From: Oculina patagonica
Lineage: Eukaryota
Reading direction: 5' to 3'
DNA length: 64,000 bases
Assembly: GCF_052425735.1 (NCBI RefSeq)
Contig: NC_135770.1
Coordinates: 18,972,001 to 19,036,000, forward strand
In this document: positions 31,501-44,859 of the stretch, piece after piece
How positions within the stretch are numbered: the stretch's first letter is position 1
Layout: each line of letters begins with the position of its first letter
Notes under the pieces: generated by a model
Database searches by the model: none
Seen by the model: the letters and a program-made list of their open reading frames with translations, nothing else
What the model was told of the DNA's origin: nothing
Translations under genes and position numbers: made by a program

Positions 31501-34500
31501 TGTAAACCGTTCAATTTCATCCGGTTTACAAACGCAGAAAACTTATAACCGAAGACCATATGTCTCACAAAAAGTTTTAAATGCCTTTGCCGCGTTATAA
31601 AAGTTAAAATTTGACTATATTTAATTTGCGTTGGCTTAAACTTAGTTTATCCAACAAGTCATGCACGGCGAAGTATGCATTCGGGAGCCGCACAAATATC
31701 GAACAAATATAAATATTATTTCCGTGGTCTTGTTTCTTAGCTTTTTCCTGAAATATTGCTGTTCTGGACGTCTTTATTGGTACAGAGCGAATTTTGTTCC
31801 AGTATTTTAAAGTCTTGCTAAACATTCAGATCAAACGTTCGAACTGAAGCAGCCGACGAGAAAATTAAGAAACATATTTTATCCATTTCTAAAAGTTTTT
31901 GCAACGGATTAAATAACATTGCGAATTCACAGCAAAGACAGTGATTAAAAATGTAGTCGAGGAAAAGAGAGATGTTTTTTAACTTACCTACGGGTTTCAG
32001 AAAGTCTCTTCTGTATGAAGTCATTATCAAGTGGTATAGATCGGGAATTGTAAACATTTCGAGGCTTTCTGGGCTTTCCAACGACATGAAGCTGCCGCGG
32101 TTTCTCCGCTGTCTTTCTCGACTCTTAATTACGTTTCGTTCTTGGAATTTCTCGATCCTTAAAGATTCCCTTCATTCAGTTTGAAGGTCTTGAAGATGAT
32201 CAGAGGCCGTTATCAGAGGCTGTTGTAAGCCGTCAATAGCACGCCTTGCAAACTGACAACTCGCTGGTCGCTGAATAGCAGATCACATTCAAATTCAGAC
32301 ATGAACAGATCAGAATAATCGCCGGAAAATCGAATTGGTTATCAGCGCTTTCGTATTTAGCTCAAATTGCTAACAACATCAAATTAAAGCCTCTTCGACA
32401 TAATTTTGAACTGAGAACTCCAAGATAAAACACGCAAAGCGATTGGTTATATTACTTTGGCGGGCACGGTTCACGAGATATATATAAACCGAATGGCGAT
32501 TGGTTGAAATGGTGGAAAGGAATGTTGTTTGAATGTGAGCAGCCGTTTGTGGGGAGGATCGTTGCGTGACGACACTAAAAACGGCTGCGTGGGAGACTAC
32601 TGTGATTACTGTTGTACTCTAAAATAATTGTTTGCTAAAGTAAATAATCTAACATTCCTAATTTTTAGAATGCCTGTGTCAACAACCGTTGTAAGAACAA
32701 CGCGACTTGTCAAACTGGTTTTACAGACAGAGGTTATCGCTGTTTGTGCTTTCCTGGATTTACTGGTCAGGATTGTGAAAGTGGTAAGAGAAACACGGCT
32801 GCTGCTTTAAGGTTATGCTTGTTACTGGTTGTTTTATATTGGTTTGACTCTTTATCCCTGATCCCTTGTAAAAGACATGCAATTTGTTTCTAGCATCTGG
32901 TCACGCACACTACTAACACAACTCCTTTCATTGGCGTTATTTACTGACCTGTCAGAAACCGTGAAAAACTGCCAAGGTGTATGTGGTTTTTTCGATTACC
33001 TTGTTGATAACTTATTGGCAAAGGGTTCATGCAACAAAGTTATACTCGCCGATCTTCTGTTTGTTAAGCGCTTTGGGCCTGTTTGATCATAAAACATCAT
33101 TTATGCATTGCTTAATTGGCTACGAAGATATTTACCTTTCCTACCAAATCTACCAATAACTTGAAATTTTGTACACTGATCGCATGGCTGCAGTGGGAAT
33201 TTGTTTTCATTGTTTGTTTCAATATTTCATTCTTGAAAAAAATGTTTCAAATGTGAAACTAGGATTATTAAATATAATATACAGGTGAATGCATGTCATT
33301 GTGTGTTGTCGTTATCAAGTTAATTATATTTACTAAAATAATTTAATTACACTTCGGTAATCTCTTGACATTCTCTGTCTTTGTCATTCTTTGAACGCAA
33401 TTTAATTACATTTTTGCAGATATTGACGAGTGTGCTGTTGGAACACACACCTGCAGTGTGGATGCTGCGTGCAATAACACCAAAGGGTCATATAACTGCA
33501 CTTGTAAACCTGGATATGATGGAGACGGACGGAATTGCGAAGGTTAATTTTCGAATTTTGATTATAGGCTGTAGGTACTATCGTTGGCTTTTCAATTGGT
33601 CGTCGAACGAACTTTGTGGCATCCGAGTGTGGAGATAATTCGAATACAATCAATGGTTTGAATTCGCAGTGACCTTTCTCCAGATATAGATCAAGTTTGC
33701 GAGTAATTGGCCAGTATCCTTAAATTCTGTTCTTTGCGTGAAACATTACTCTCCTATTGTCTCTATCCGTATTCTTTTCAGATATCGATGAGTGTGCTAC
33801 AGGAAGGCATGACTGCAGTGCTCTTGAACTGTGTAATAATACCGAGGGATCATACGACTGCCCATGTGAGTGGATTTAACCTCCCGGCTTTTTTTTTTTT
33901 TTTTAGGTGGTTTTCTGTCCAATATATAATCTTTGGGGGTTGATCATTCACAGTACAGTGTTGCGAAATTCGCAGCAAGGGAATCAGAAGCAATGTTTCT
34001 TAACAGTTGTGTCTGCCGTTAATGTTTTATATATTCTTGTTGATGCAGCTTTGACGTGCAAGGATCTTTACAACAGGAATTTGTAAGTAATCGACAGTTA
34101 CTTTCTAGGTAAACAGCTTAAACTACAAACAAATAACAGCACCTCAACCAAAAGAGTAAGAGAAACATTTCAGAAAAAAATATTTAAAAAAAAAGATAAT
34201 GTGCTTAAGACCATAATTAAAATGGTAGCAGGAAAGTGTAGCAGGAAGAGGAATAAGTACTGCCAACTTTGCCAGGAGGGACACAATCGGGAGCAACGCC
34301 AAGTGTCTGATTTAAGGTATCCGTGATAAAGGGAGTTATGATAATTGACGCCAGTAATTTTGTGACAAGAAAAGTGGATTAACCCTATTCAGACCGGGGG
34401 GGGGGGGGGGGCTTTTGAGTCCCGCGCTGACTTTGAACTTTTATATTTTTTTTTTTAAGATTTACCAAAACGCTGTCAAACTTTCTGAGTTTTCGTAAAA

Positions 34501-37048
34501 TTTATCTGGCAACAATTTGGTAGGGTTGGATGATGTGTCAGGAACTTGACATCACCATGGCAACGGCATTTTGACAGGCATGTTTTTCCAAATTTGTAAT
34601 TTTGCGTGTTTCTGTTAATAAAAATCAACTTAAATGGAATTATTCTTACATTTTTGCGGGTTTAAAGCCCTTTTTTATTTGTTTTGAGTACTTTGCAGTG
34701 ATTCTGGGTGGCTTTCAGGCATTTTGGAAACATTTTGAAATCTAAGATGGTGGATCCAAAATGGCGGCTGTTTTGACATCATGATGTTATTGTCACGTGA
34801 TGTGATGTCACCATACCACGTGACGTATACCTAAAGAAAGGGCTTTGGACAGACAATACATTCTATAAGTTTCATGGTGGTTGCTTAAATATTCTGGAAG
34901 TTACATAGGGTGTCCCCCTTCCCCCCGGTCTGAGAAGGTCCAAAAAAGCCCGGTCTGAATAGGGTTAAGTGATCCATTTTTGTTTCAATATCTGGCTCAG
35001 AAAGTTTTACGTTAGCAATGTGGCGAACGGAGTGTGACTGGGCTGTACCGCAATACAGCGTGACAGGTATTCATAGTCAGTACACAAGCTACAAAAATAA
35101 TTGTTTTGCTAGTTTTGATATAAATGTTGCTTCATCAAATCGTATTTTCCTGTCACGTTCAAAATTGATATCTGATTTTTATTTTTTTATTTTTTATCAA
35201 TTATAGTCACTATCGAAGCGTCACTTGACTATTTCTAAATGCAAAATGGTTATTATTTGTTTAAAACACATCTGGAGTGGCGAGTTGTCGCAATTTTGAG
35301 CTCAATTAAGTACTTACTTGCTTTAGGTTGCCAAATGGACTAGCGCGTAGCACTTGATCTTTTTTTTTTTCAAATGGTGACATACTTGGATCGCTTTGCT
35401 GACACATCTGATCTCGTTCAGAGTCCATGAAATGATTATGCACGACATCGCAAGTGCACGGAAGTAGTGTCCAAACGGAGTTGCAAGTAGATGCACGTTT
35501 CGAGCTTGCATCCCCTTTTCTAAACGAACACCAGAAAGCCATTTTTTTCCTTCTGGAGAAGTTTCCATTTTTTAAAGAGCTGTTTATTATCCATTTTGCA
35601 ATTGAAATATGGAAAGAAGAGTATTTCTACTTCGAGAAGTAAAGAAAGAATTTTGTTTGCCCCAATTCTTCCCTTAACATTTCCTTAAGCTGCACTCTAT
35701 TCATACTTTCTTCCAAAATTCTTTTCCAGTTTTTGTTTGAGTGAGTTTTGGTAACATTATAGACAATGAATGCTAAAATTTAATATCAAGATTACCAACG
35801 AGTCATGAACGTTTCAGGTCCAACGTCGACAAAGCGTTCCAAATGAGAGTAGGATCCGAAGAAATCCTCGTTTATTGTCATCTAAACAAAAATGGACTTG
35901 GAGCATGTGGTGTAGGTGGCTGGACGCTGGTCATGAAGATTGACGGCGCACAGGTATTTAGTTACTCGCGTCAGTCAGTCAGTTAGTCAGCAAATCAATC
36001 AATCAAACAAATAGACTTTTAGTCAATCAATCAATCAGTCACTCACTCAGTCAACCAAACAATTTATCATGAATCAAACAAGAGACGAATCTATGGAATC
36101 ATTTGAGGGTGAATGGAAAAAATCAACATCTTAAAAATTGGTGACCTTACCGGAAAAGATAAAATAACGTAAAGTTTGCTGTGATATAAATACATTTTTT
36201 AGACAAATAGACATGACGAGAATAATGAAGGGTTAATAAATCCAGCACGTGGTCAAAACAACAAACTGTATAAACTGTAAAAACGATCTACAGCTACGAA
36301 TACCAACTTGATCAAAAACAACGGTGGAGTGAGGGGAGAACTGAAAGCTTAAGGAATTTTAAGATGAAGTTAGGAAACATAGAGCTTCGAGTTCAAGTTA
36401 AAAATTAAATATTATCATTTTAATTCCCCGTTGCTGGGTGAATCCTTGTTGTCAAGTATTTCTCTTTGCTGAATATGTATTTCACTTCCTCAAATATATA
36501 GCCACTGTATTTTTTTTTCGCAGAGCACCTTTCACTATGATTCCAGCTTTTGGACGAACAAGGAAACATTCAACCCTGAAGGAGGAGAGACTGGGTTTGA
36601 CACACAAGAGACCAAGCTGCCGACCTACTGGAGCACACCTTTCTCTAAAATATGTCTCGGTATGAAGATCCATGGTGAAGAAACCATTAATTTTATCGCC
36701 ATAAACAAGGTGGCTGATTCGCTCTTCTCACTGTTCGCCGACGGGCAATATCGTTCCACGTCACTTGGCCGTGACACGTGGAAAATGTTGATTGGTTCCC
36801 AAAGTTCATTACAGGTTAACTGTAACAAAGAAGGGTTCAATGTAGTTAGTAATAATCAGCAGTATGCAAAAGCGAGGGTCGGCATCGTTGGAAACAACGA
36901 AGACAGCTGCCATTCCGGTGATTCCCGAATCGGCTTTGGTACAGGAGGGTATTTCGACGACTCAAACACGTGTGGAAATGAGGCACGTCACCAAGGAGAT
37001 AACGGAAACAAGCATATCAAGACCATGGGATACATCTTGATTCTGTGA
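28567..37048 (+). CDS. Paralog B: intact secreted PAN-EGF-EGF_Ca-USOMP5-like protein, 449 aa, 8 coding exons
   Basis: Exons 28567-28639, 29833-30092, 32669-32783, 33420-33542, 33782-33865, 34049-34082, 35818-35953 and 36524-37048 sum to 1350 nt, all GT-AG and in frame. C-terminal motifs [42 protein letters not shown] and HIKTMGYIL recall Acropora uncharacterized skeletal organic matrix protein 5 (recognised from memory, not searched). Confidence 0.88.
30774..32599. mobile_element. Non-autonomous Academ-like element
   Basis: ~75-bp TIRs (taatctccctcgcagccgttttagtgtcgtc... / ...cggctgcgtgggagacta); imperfect 9-bp duplication ttgtgatca/ctgtgatta. Confidence 0.75.
34383..34964. mobile_element. 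piggyBac-like MITE, copy 2 (opposite orientation)
   Basis: Same TIRs, TTAA duplication and internal sequence as 25989-26571, reversed. Confidence 0.88.
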
Positions 37049-39162
37049 CGCTTATATTCAACTTAATTTTCTTATCCTTTTTTTCTTTTATTGATTAAGG
37101 TCAATGACATGAAATGAATGGATTTAAATGCTAAGTTGTCTTTGTAACATTGGGAGTTCTCCTTTTTAAAAATTTATAACTAAAACTATTAACCTTTGTC
37201 TGGCCTAATTGCTGGCAAAATATCCTGTGATTTTTTGGTAGTTGAACCACTATACAAAACATACATATTTATTCAGAAACATTTAAGCATTCAGCCAGTC
37301 ATTCTCCTTCAATGAGCCTTCGCAGTGTTTTCTTTGTTCATCGTTCAACTTCTAATAATTTCGTTTTCAAAAACACATCGAATTTAAGTATTTTCTTATA
37401 CAATATCATTGAAGGGAAATTTCTCGAGGAAAGAAAGACTTGAGTTGCTTAAAAAAATATCATTACCGGCGAGCATATTATCGCATTATAACTTCTGATC
37501 ACCAATTTAAAAATGATCATCCATTTTCTCAAAAGCCGAGGATTAAACTAAACGACAAAATCTAAGGATTAAAACAATACGTTTATATTTAATAATATGC
37601 ATTAATAGCGAGGAGGATACTTCTGAAGCCCTTCACAGTCACCGAGTCCGCGGCATCGTTGTTGTGGTTGCTATAATTTCCATTCCGTGGGAAAAGATGG
37701 CTTGTGGGCGGCCTGTGGCCGAACCGTCGAAGAACCGCTAACTAGAACGTGTATTGATTGCGTTGCAAGTTGAGAGAGCATCGTCATTCGGTTCCAGACC
37801 TCCTTTCTACCCCCTCACTCCTTGTTTTAAAGCCCAACATTCAAAGCAACGTAAAACACTACTCAAATATCGAGGGCAACAACAACAAAAGAAGTAATAC
37901 AGGGACCGAATTAGCCGTTTTAGTGTCGTGTTAGGTCGAGGTAGGTCGGGGTGAAATCATCCATTTTAGAAACCTCGTCATTTTTCACAATAGAATACGA
38001 ATTTGGATTTCTCTTACCTGCATATCAAACAGTGTGCTCCTTCATGGGTTATAGCGTCACCGCTAACATAATGATTACAATCGCTTTTCCCAAGGTTGCT
38101 CGTTCAATAACCACACAGATTAGTTCTCAAGATTTGTATTGTTCGAGTAAATAAAACAGGCACCATTTGTATTTGACACGCATGCAGTAATTGATATTTA
38201 AATATTTCCGAGTAATATAAAACATCGTGTGACGTCTTTGTTAGTGACGGTTTGTCAAAGAAAAGTGCCGACTTCAACCCCCCCCCCCACACCCCCCCCC
38301 CCCTCCCTCCATCATCGCCCCACCAGTTTCTGAGTTAACTTTAGCAGCAAAACGAAAGTCACATATTGTATTTCGTATTATATTTTTTTATTGAATTAAC
38401 CAACGTGGACAACAGATTATATCCGTCACCGTGAAGCCGTGAGAGCTCCTAGAGGTTTATTGAATTGGACTTTAACACATCACACGAGCCGTTTCAATTC
38501 TATATCTCTCGCGTTCGGCATATGAATTCACTGAACCAATAGGAGAACAGGATTTTGACCGTTTTATGTTCAAAAAGGGATGTAGAGTTGGCTACGAAAT
38601 CACTTAGTAGTCTAAACGAGCCAAACTGAAACGATCTGAAAAATATGTCTTTGTCGAGGACAAGACTTAAAACCAAAACTGAACAACCAGAAGCAAAACC
38701 AAAGAAACAGAACTAAGATAATAAAGCAAATATTAAAAGGGACTTTCCTGAAGTAATAAGTAGATTTAAACAAAAGATTTTTTTCGGCTAACCGATATTA
38801 CACAATTCGTGCAAAATCATTGTCCTTAGATAGAGCACCCTGTGAAGACAGATTCGATACTCATATCTACTCATACTCATATTTACGTTTTTGTATTATG
38901 CTAATCAAAAATATCTCTTGGAATACTTGAGCTGTGTTCTTCAAACTTGGCAGCATTAATGTACACCGTAAAAGACACGAAATGACACCCGAAGTGCCGT
39001 TGCCATGGCAACAGTTTTGATGCTAATACCTATTTTAATTCATACTGATATCCCCTAGTTTTTGCCCTACCAAAGATGATCCACTCCCAAGAAGCTTACG
39101 CCGTCAGTAGGGGTAATAGGGCATCATGTGTGTCCCAAGCCGGACCCTCAGTCCCACTTTAA

Positions 39163-40013
39163 GGAGGCTCGATGTAGTTTTTTTAGCCGAAGGGTGGTGG
39201 TTTTGAAAATTAAAATTTTCCAGGAAGCTAATGTTCGATTTTTGCCAAAATACACCATAATGATCAAATATGACCAAATTTTAATTTCTTACCCGTCACT
39301 TTGTCACAAAGGTTACCATAGCGACCATTGACGTTTTATTTTGTTCTCAAACAAGCTTGATTTTCTCGAAATCTAGATTGACTCTTGGTATTCATTTTTT
39401 GATATGTTCATGTACTGTAGATTTACTACCTGTGCTCAACATTTTAGGAAAATTTGTAAGAGCGTTTTAGAGTAAATCAAGAATGAAGTTTTTGGCATTT
39501 TCTTATAATTTCCTATAATATACAGTCGATATATTTTAACAGATTAAAGCAAAAAGTCTTTCTCTTTAAGTTACTGGTCCTTGATGGTGTAAGTATTTAT
39601 ATTTCAGTGAGAGAAACTGTGCTCAAATAATACGAAACAATTTTAAGGCGCCTATTTTATATTAAAACGGTGTTTTTCTGAAAAATTCATTCTTGATTAA
39701 CTTGAAAACGCTCTTACAGATTTTTTTTTTTAAAATTTCGTCAACAGTTAGTCAATCTACTAAACTTTAACATGTCAAGAAATAAACACCAAGTGTCAAT
39801 CTAGATTTCGAGAAAATCAAGCTTGTTTGAGAACAAAAGAAAACGTCAATCGTTGCTATGGTAACTGCAGTGACTAAGTGACCAGTAAAAAATTAAAATT
39901 TGGTCATATTTTATCATTATGGTGTATTTGGCAAAAATCGAACATTGGCTTCCTAGGTAATTTTAATTTTCAAAACAACCACCCTTAGGCTAAAAAAACT
40001 ACATTGAGCCTCC
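39163..40013. mobile_element. Kolobok-like MITE with long TIRs
   Basis: TTAA|GGAGGCTC...GAGCCTCC|TTAA; inverted arms of roughly 300 bp. Confidence 0.85.
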
Positions 40014-40017
40014 TTAA

Positions 40018-43000
40018 GAGAATGTCTCCTTTAGATCCACAAACTTATTTTGGCTCAGTAAATAGAATTCGCTCAAAATCCCTCCAGTAATTTCTAATTA
40101 TAAGTAAGTAACAAATATGAAATTAGACTGGAGAAAAATTGTTTTCTTTATGAAATCTGAATGAAAACTGTTTACACCTCCTGGTGGCCTCGGCGGCCAT
40201 TGGCCGGATCAGTGAAATTTGGTAAAGTCCAACCATTCGCTCTAATACAAATATTACAGCTACATCGCTAAAATAACGATACTTGTGAACAATAAGCCTT
40301 GGCCTTTTAAACTGGATGAACCGGATTGAAAAAAAACTTTAATTATCAAGGAAAAGGCTAGGATCTAAAGTTTGGCTATTTTGGACGTTAAAGGCCAGGT
40401 TAAATTTTGCTTAATTTTATGTAGTAAAATATCAAAAGTGGCTCGTACTCACAAGTTAAACTGCATATCAGCGGCAAGCTCCATCCTTCTGCTCTAAGAA
40501 TATGTAAAAATATTTGGCCGTTCTATAATCCTTCGATTGTTGACAAGGGGCGAAACAAGTGCTACTCGGCGAATTTGGCCATTTTGTCATCGTGACATGT
40601 CGAACCAACTTCAGTGCCAAAAGCAACATTATTACTTTTGTATCATGCCATGATTCAAATTATTTGTCAAAAACGTACCACAAAAGCCTTTTGAAGAAGA
40701 TTTGAAACCAAAACTGTCGAAATTAACGCTGATTTTCAGTCTTAATCTTCTGGTAATACTATTAAGCTGGAAAATCCAGAATTAAGCAGTGCCGCTGACC
40801 ACTAAATAACTGACCAAAGAAAAAACGATACTCGGATTTCGACACGGATGTAAACGAAAAAATGGCGAGCCCAACAAGCGCTAGCAAATGCTGTTTCTTT
40901 GGAGTAGGCAAAATCGAATGCGGCGAGTCTAGAGGACAGAAACAAGTTGTTTTACTCAAGGAGTACAACAGTGACATTTCAAATCATTTAAGAAGTTGTT
41001 TCTTGTCTCGGGCAAAGGTCACGGAATACGGATTGATATTGTTAGCCAGGGCTGGAATATTTGATCCACCAGAAGAAAGAATTAGTCACATGACCAATTG
41101 TCCAAAGCACCGGCACAATCTCGGAAAATATTGGCGACCGTTGAGGACATGCCAGTATCCTGGTCACGAAGGACGAAAAATCGCTCTCCATTGCAAAAAT
41201 TCAATTAACTTACAGATGGCTAAAGAAATACAGAAGTTGTTCATTTCACCTGTCCAAGTTGGGTCACGTAAGTAGGTTTTTTTATACCTTTCTCACCCCA
41301 AATCTAATCTACGTTTACTGTTTATAAATAAAAAATATTTTTTGTCTTCTTTATTTTGTGTTCAGGGTTTTAATATATAAAAATAGGCCACAATTTTTTT
41401 GCAGAATTTTGGCAAATTATATTTTTGAGCAACGGCGCGGAACTCGCACCCAAATCGAAGCAGTCGCTAACAAGACTATGAGGTTTCCAACTATGTATCT
41501 GCCCTTGTATGCACAGCTTCATTGCACTGTCATAATCTGCTACTTAAATATTAAGGTGGATTTATATACACATATACGTCCTTTTTTAATTGAAAAATGA
41601 AAACGCCATTGAATGGCATTCTTATAGGCATTTACTGATTGTATGCCTCAATGCAATATGTGATAATCGTGAGACAGTCATTCTTCTTCTTTTATAATTT
41701 TGTTATATGGCCTTTGTATCAGCGGTTAGCTATTTCAGACAAGAACAGAACTCGGGGTTGCAATTTGGGTATCGTAGATTACCGCTGAGTCGTGCAGCCG
41801 AGTCTAAGTTTAGCCCATGGTTATTTGTTTAAGGGCTATTAGGCCCCTGTATTTTTATTTCTTACGAATAAAGATGAAAGGCTCAGCTTCACGATAAAAA
41901 AAAATGGTCCCGGTGCTCCACTTGAAAAGGCAGTTTTACACAGAGTAAGACTTGACACGGTTAAGGTCGACCACTTTTTAGATTTCATTAGCAAGCCTTA
42001 TTTCCATCAAGATGTTGCCTACGGCAGACGTACTCTAAAACTGAGCAGCGGCGAAAAACTCGTCATGCCAAATGTGGTTAGGACTATTACCAGGTCGACA
42101 ATGCTTGCGCAATACTAGCAATATTACTGCGAGGACGAATTTGAGCCGTTGAGTCGGGCAACCCTTTATCGCATTTTGGAGGTACGTCTCAAACGTCTCA
42201 ACGTAAGGCATTGCAAGGATTAGATATTGTAGCACCGGATGGGGCGACAGTGTTCAATTCCATTGAAAAAATAGTTGATGAGCTTGAAAAGACTGGCGCT
42301 GACATAGAATGGTAAGTAAATGTTAAAGAGAAACTAAATGATTCGCCCTAAGTGATCCGAGCATTGAAGCATTTAAACAGGAATGTAGCCACCAGCACAA
42401 CCTTCAGTGTGACATGTGCGAGGGTCTGAAATTAGTTATGGAGGAAATTGAGAATGCTTTGCAAAATGAAAAAGGCACTTTGTGTTTCTATAGCTCAGAA
42501 CAGCAAGGTGATCTTCTCTACGACTTTCTACAAGCCAAAAAAAGATCTATTTGATTGGAAAGCCTACATCTTGCGTTCAGAAAATCAAGATCAAGCAAAC
42601 AATGATGTGTTAAGCTTACTTGGCGATACGACAGCACTGGTAACAATGGACTAGGCCATGAAGTTCCAGTGTCGAAAATTTAGAGAAAAGCAAGCGGAAT
42701 GGTTTGGCAAAAGAGGATTGAGCTGGCATGTCAGCAGTGTTATTCTAAAAAGTGAGCAGACTGAAGAGCCAGTTGTTACAACCTATGTACATCTCTTCGA
42801 TTCGTGTACACAAGACTGGTTTGCGGTTGCTTCCATTTTAGAAAACCTCTTGCCAACACTCAAGGCCCACAACCCTTCCGTTAAGTAATATGAAGCGGGA
42901 TGCTACCATAACAACCCATTGATAGCTAGTATTCACGACGTAAGCAAACGTGTTTGAATTGCTGTTGAAACCTACTACTTCTGAGAGCCACAACACGGTA

Positions 43001-44160
43001 AAGACATCTGCGATCGCATCATTTGTCCCATGAAACTATCGGTTAGAAAACATTGTGACGAGGGTCATGACATTCAATCCGTAAAAGACATGAGAGGAGC
43101 ACTTTTGGAAAGACCTGTCTAAAGGCGTCGCCGTTGCTGTTGACGAGGTGATTGAAGGTCACAAGGCAACTGATATTACAAAAATACCACACTTCAGCAT
43201 GCACCATAACTTTGAGTTTTTACAAGAAGGAATTAATGTTCAGAAAGCGTATTCTGTTGGCCCAGGGTAAATGGTGAACTATGATAATATCATCCGTACA
43301 CCACAGGGTCCTACTTCATTGGAAATCAAGGACGGGCAAGACTTTTCTAAGATTGATGTCACCAGAGGTTTGAAGAATAAACAGCCACCCAAACTTACAC
43401 TTCAGAATTGTTTCCCTGTCCTCAGGAAGGCTGCTCTCAAAGCTTTAAAAGGTTTGACGAGCTTAAACATCATCTTGATTGTGGTCAGCATAAAAATGAA
43501 ATACGCCAGGAATCACTTTACAATCAGTTGCGTCGTGACTGGGCAGCACGGTTTACTACCCTTCTCCCCGAGAATCGTCCCAGGCCCAAACCGCTTACTC
43601 CATCCGCGGCGGATACTTTCTCCTTGCCAATGGGCTGGGCCCTGATAAAGCCAAGACCTGGGGGGATAAGGTAAGCGAGGGACTATTTAAAGACAAGATT
43701 TGACGCGGGTGAACAGTCAGGCCGTAAAGCGGATACTAATCAATTTGTGCTCGACATGCGAAACGCTCGAACAGCCGAAAATGAAAGATTATTTGCGAGA
43801 GAAGGTCAAAAGGTCAAATTCAGTCATACTTCTCCAGGCTCGCAGTTCTCAAAACGAAACAAGCTAGTTAGCCTGAGACTACCGCGTCTGATCGAGCAGA
43901 AGCGCTTGACATTGAAGAGCTGGTCAAGAAGAAATTCGTTTGCAACAAGTGGAAGAGGTTTATGCGAAGATGTCAGTCCATCATGCAATTTACTACGACT
44001 CCTTTAACCTCTGTGAACTTCATCAAACCAAAAGATCAGCTCATTTAATGTTAGCATGCTGAAGTCAATTTGCAGTTATTTTGAAAGATCGTTTAAGTCA
44101 AAAGAAAGGAAATCTGAGCTTGTTGAAAACTTACAGCGATGATTTCCGGCTGTTCCTGTA
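40018..44160 (+). mobile_element. Degenerate Sola3-like DNA transposon
   Basis: Begins TTAA|GAG. Broken transposase frames include D*AMKF..REKQAEWFGKRGLSWH, EAGCYHN, EPQHGKDICDR and a C2H2 finger (CPQEGC..HLDCGQH). Many stops and frameshifts; no right TIR seen. Confidence 0.7.
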
Positions 44161-44859
44161 GTTCCAGTGGAAAACCTTAGAGCGGAAAAAGGTAGAGTTT
44201 CCAGTACAGTTTTCTTGTTCGCTGATGCCGTCCACGAGAGAGTCGGCAGACCATTTGCATTATGACGTAAATGCGCAAAGACTTTTGGTAGTTGTAGTAA
44301 AGTTCGCGGGAAAATACCATTTCTACTTAATGATTGGCTAAGGGCAATATACCAACCAGCGGTACCAAACACAGTCCGAACTTGAAGCAAATACCCATGA
44401 AAACTTGGCATTTTATAGAAAACCATTACACAAGAAAATATTGAAAGAACCTTCCCTCATATTATACAAAAGTGGTAGGTCTTTCAAAGACTATACTCGT
44501 GAGATTGAAACTATGAAAATGACTAATACACGTGCGTGAGAGTCGTACATGCCTATCTTTTTTTTTTTTTATCACTGACGTGCTGAAGTAAAGAAAATTC
44601 AGGTTATGACGTAATAATTTTCGCTGTAAGAATAGGAAAGTTAATACATAACTAAAATAAGTAGTTAACTGACAATTGGCCAAAAATAGCAGTTAGGTGA
44701 CAATTGGCCTAAAAGTAAGAAGTTAACTGACAATTGGGTACCCCCATTAGCACCCTCTTTTAATATTTGCTTTATTATCTTAGTTCTGTTTCTTTGGTTT
44801 TGCTTCTCGTTGTTCTGTTTAGGTTTTAAGTCTTGTCCTTGACAAAGACATACTCTTCA

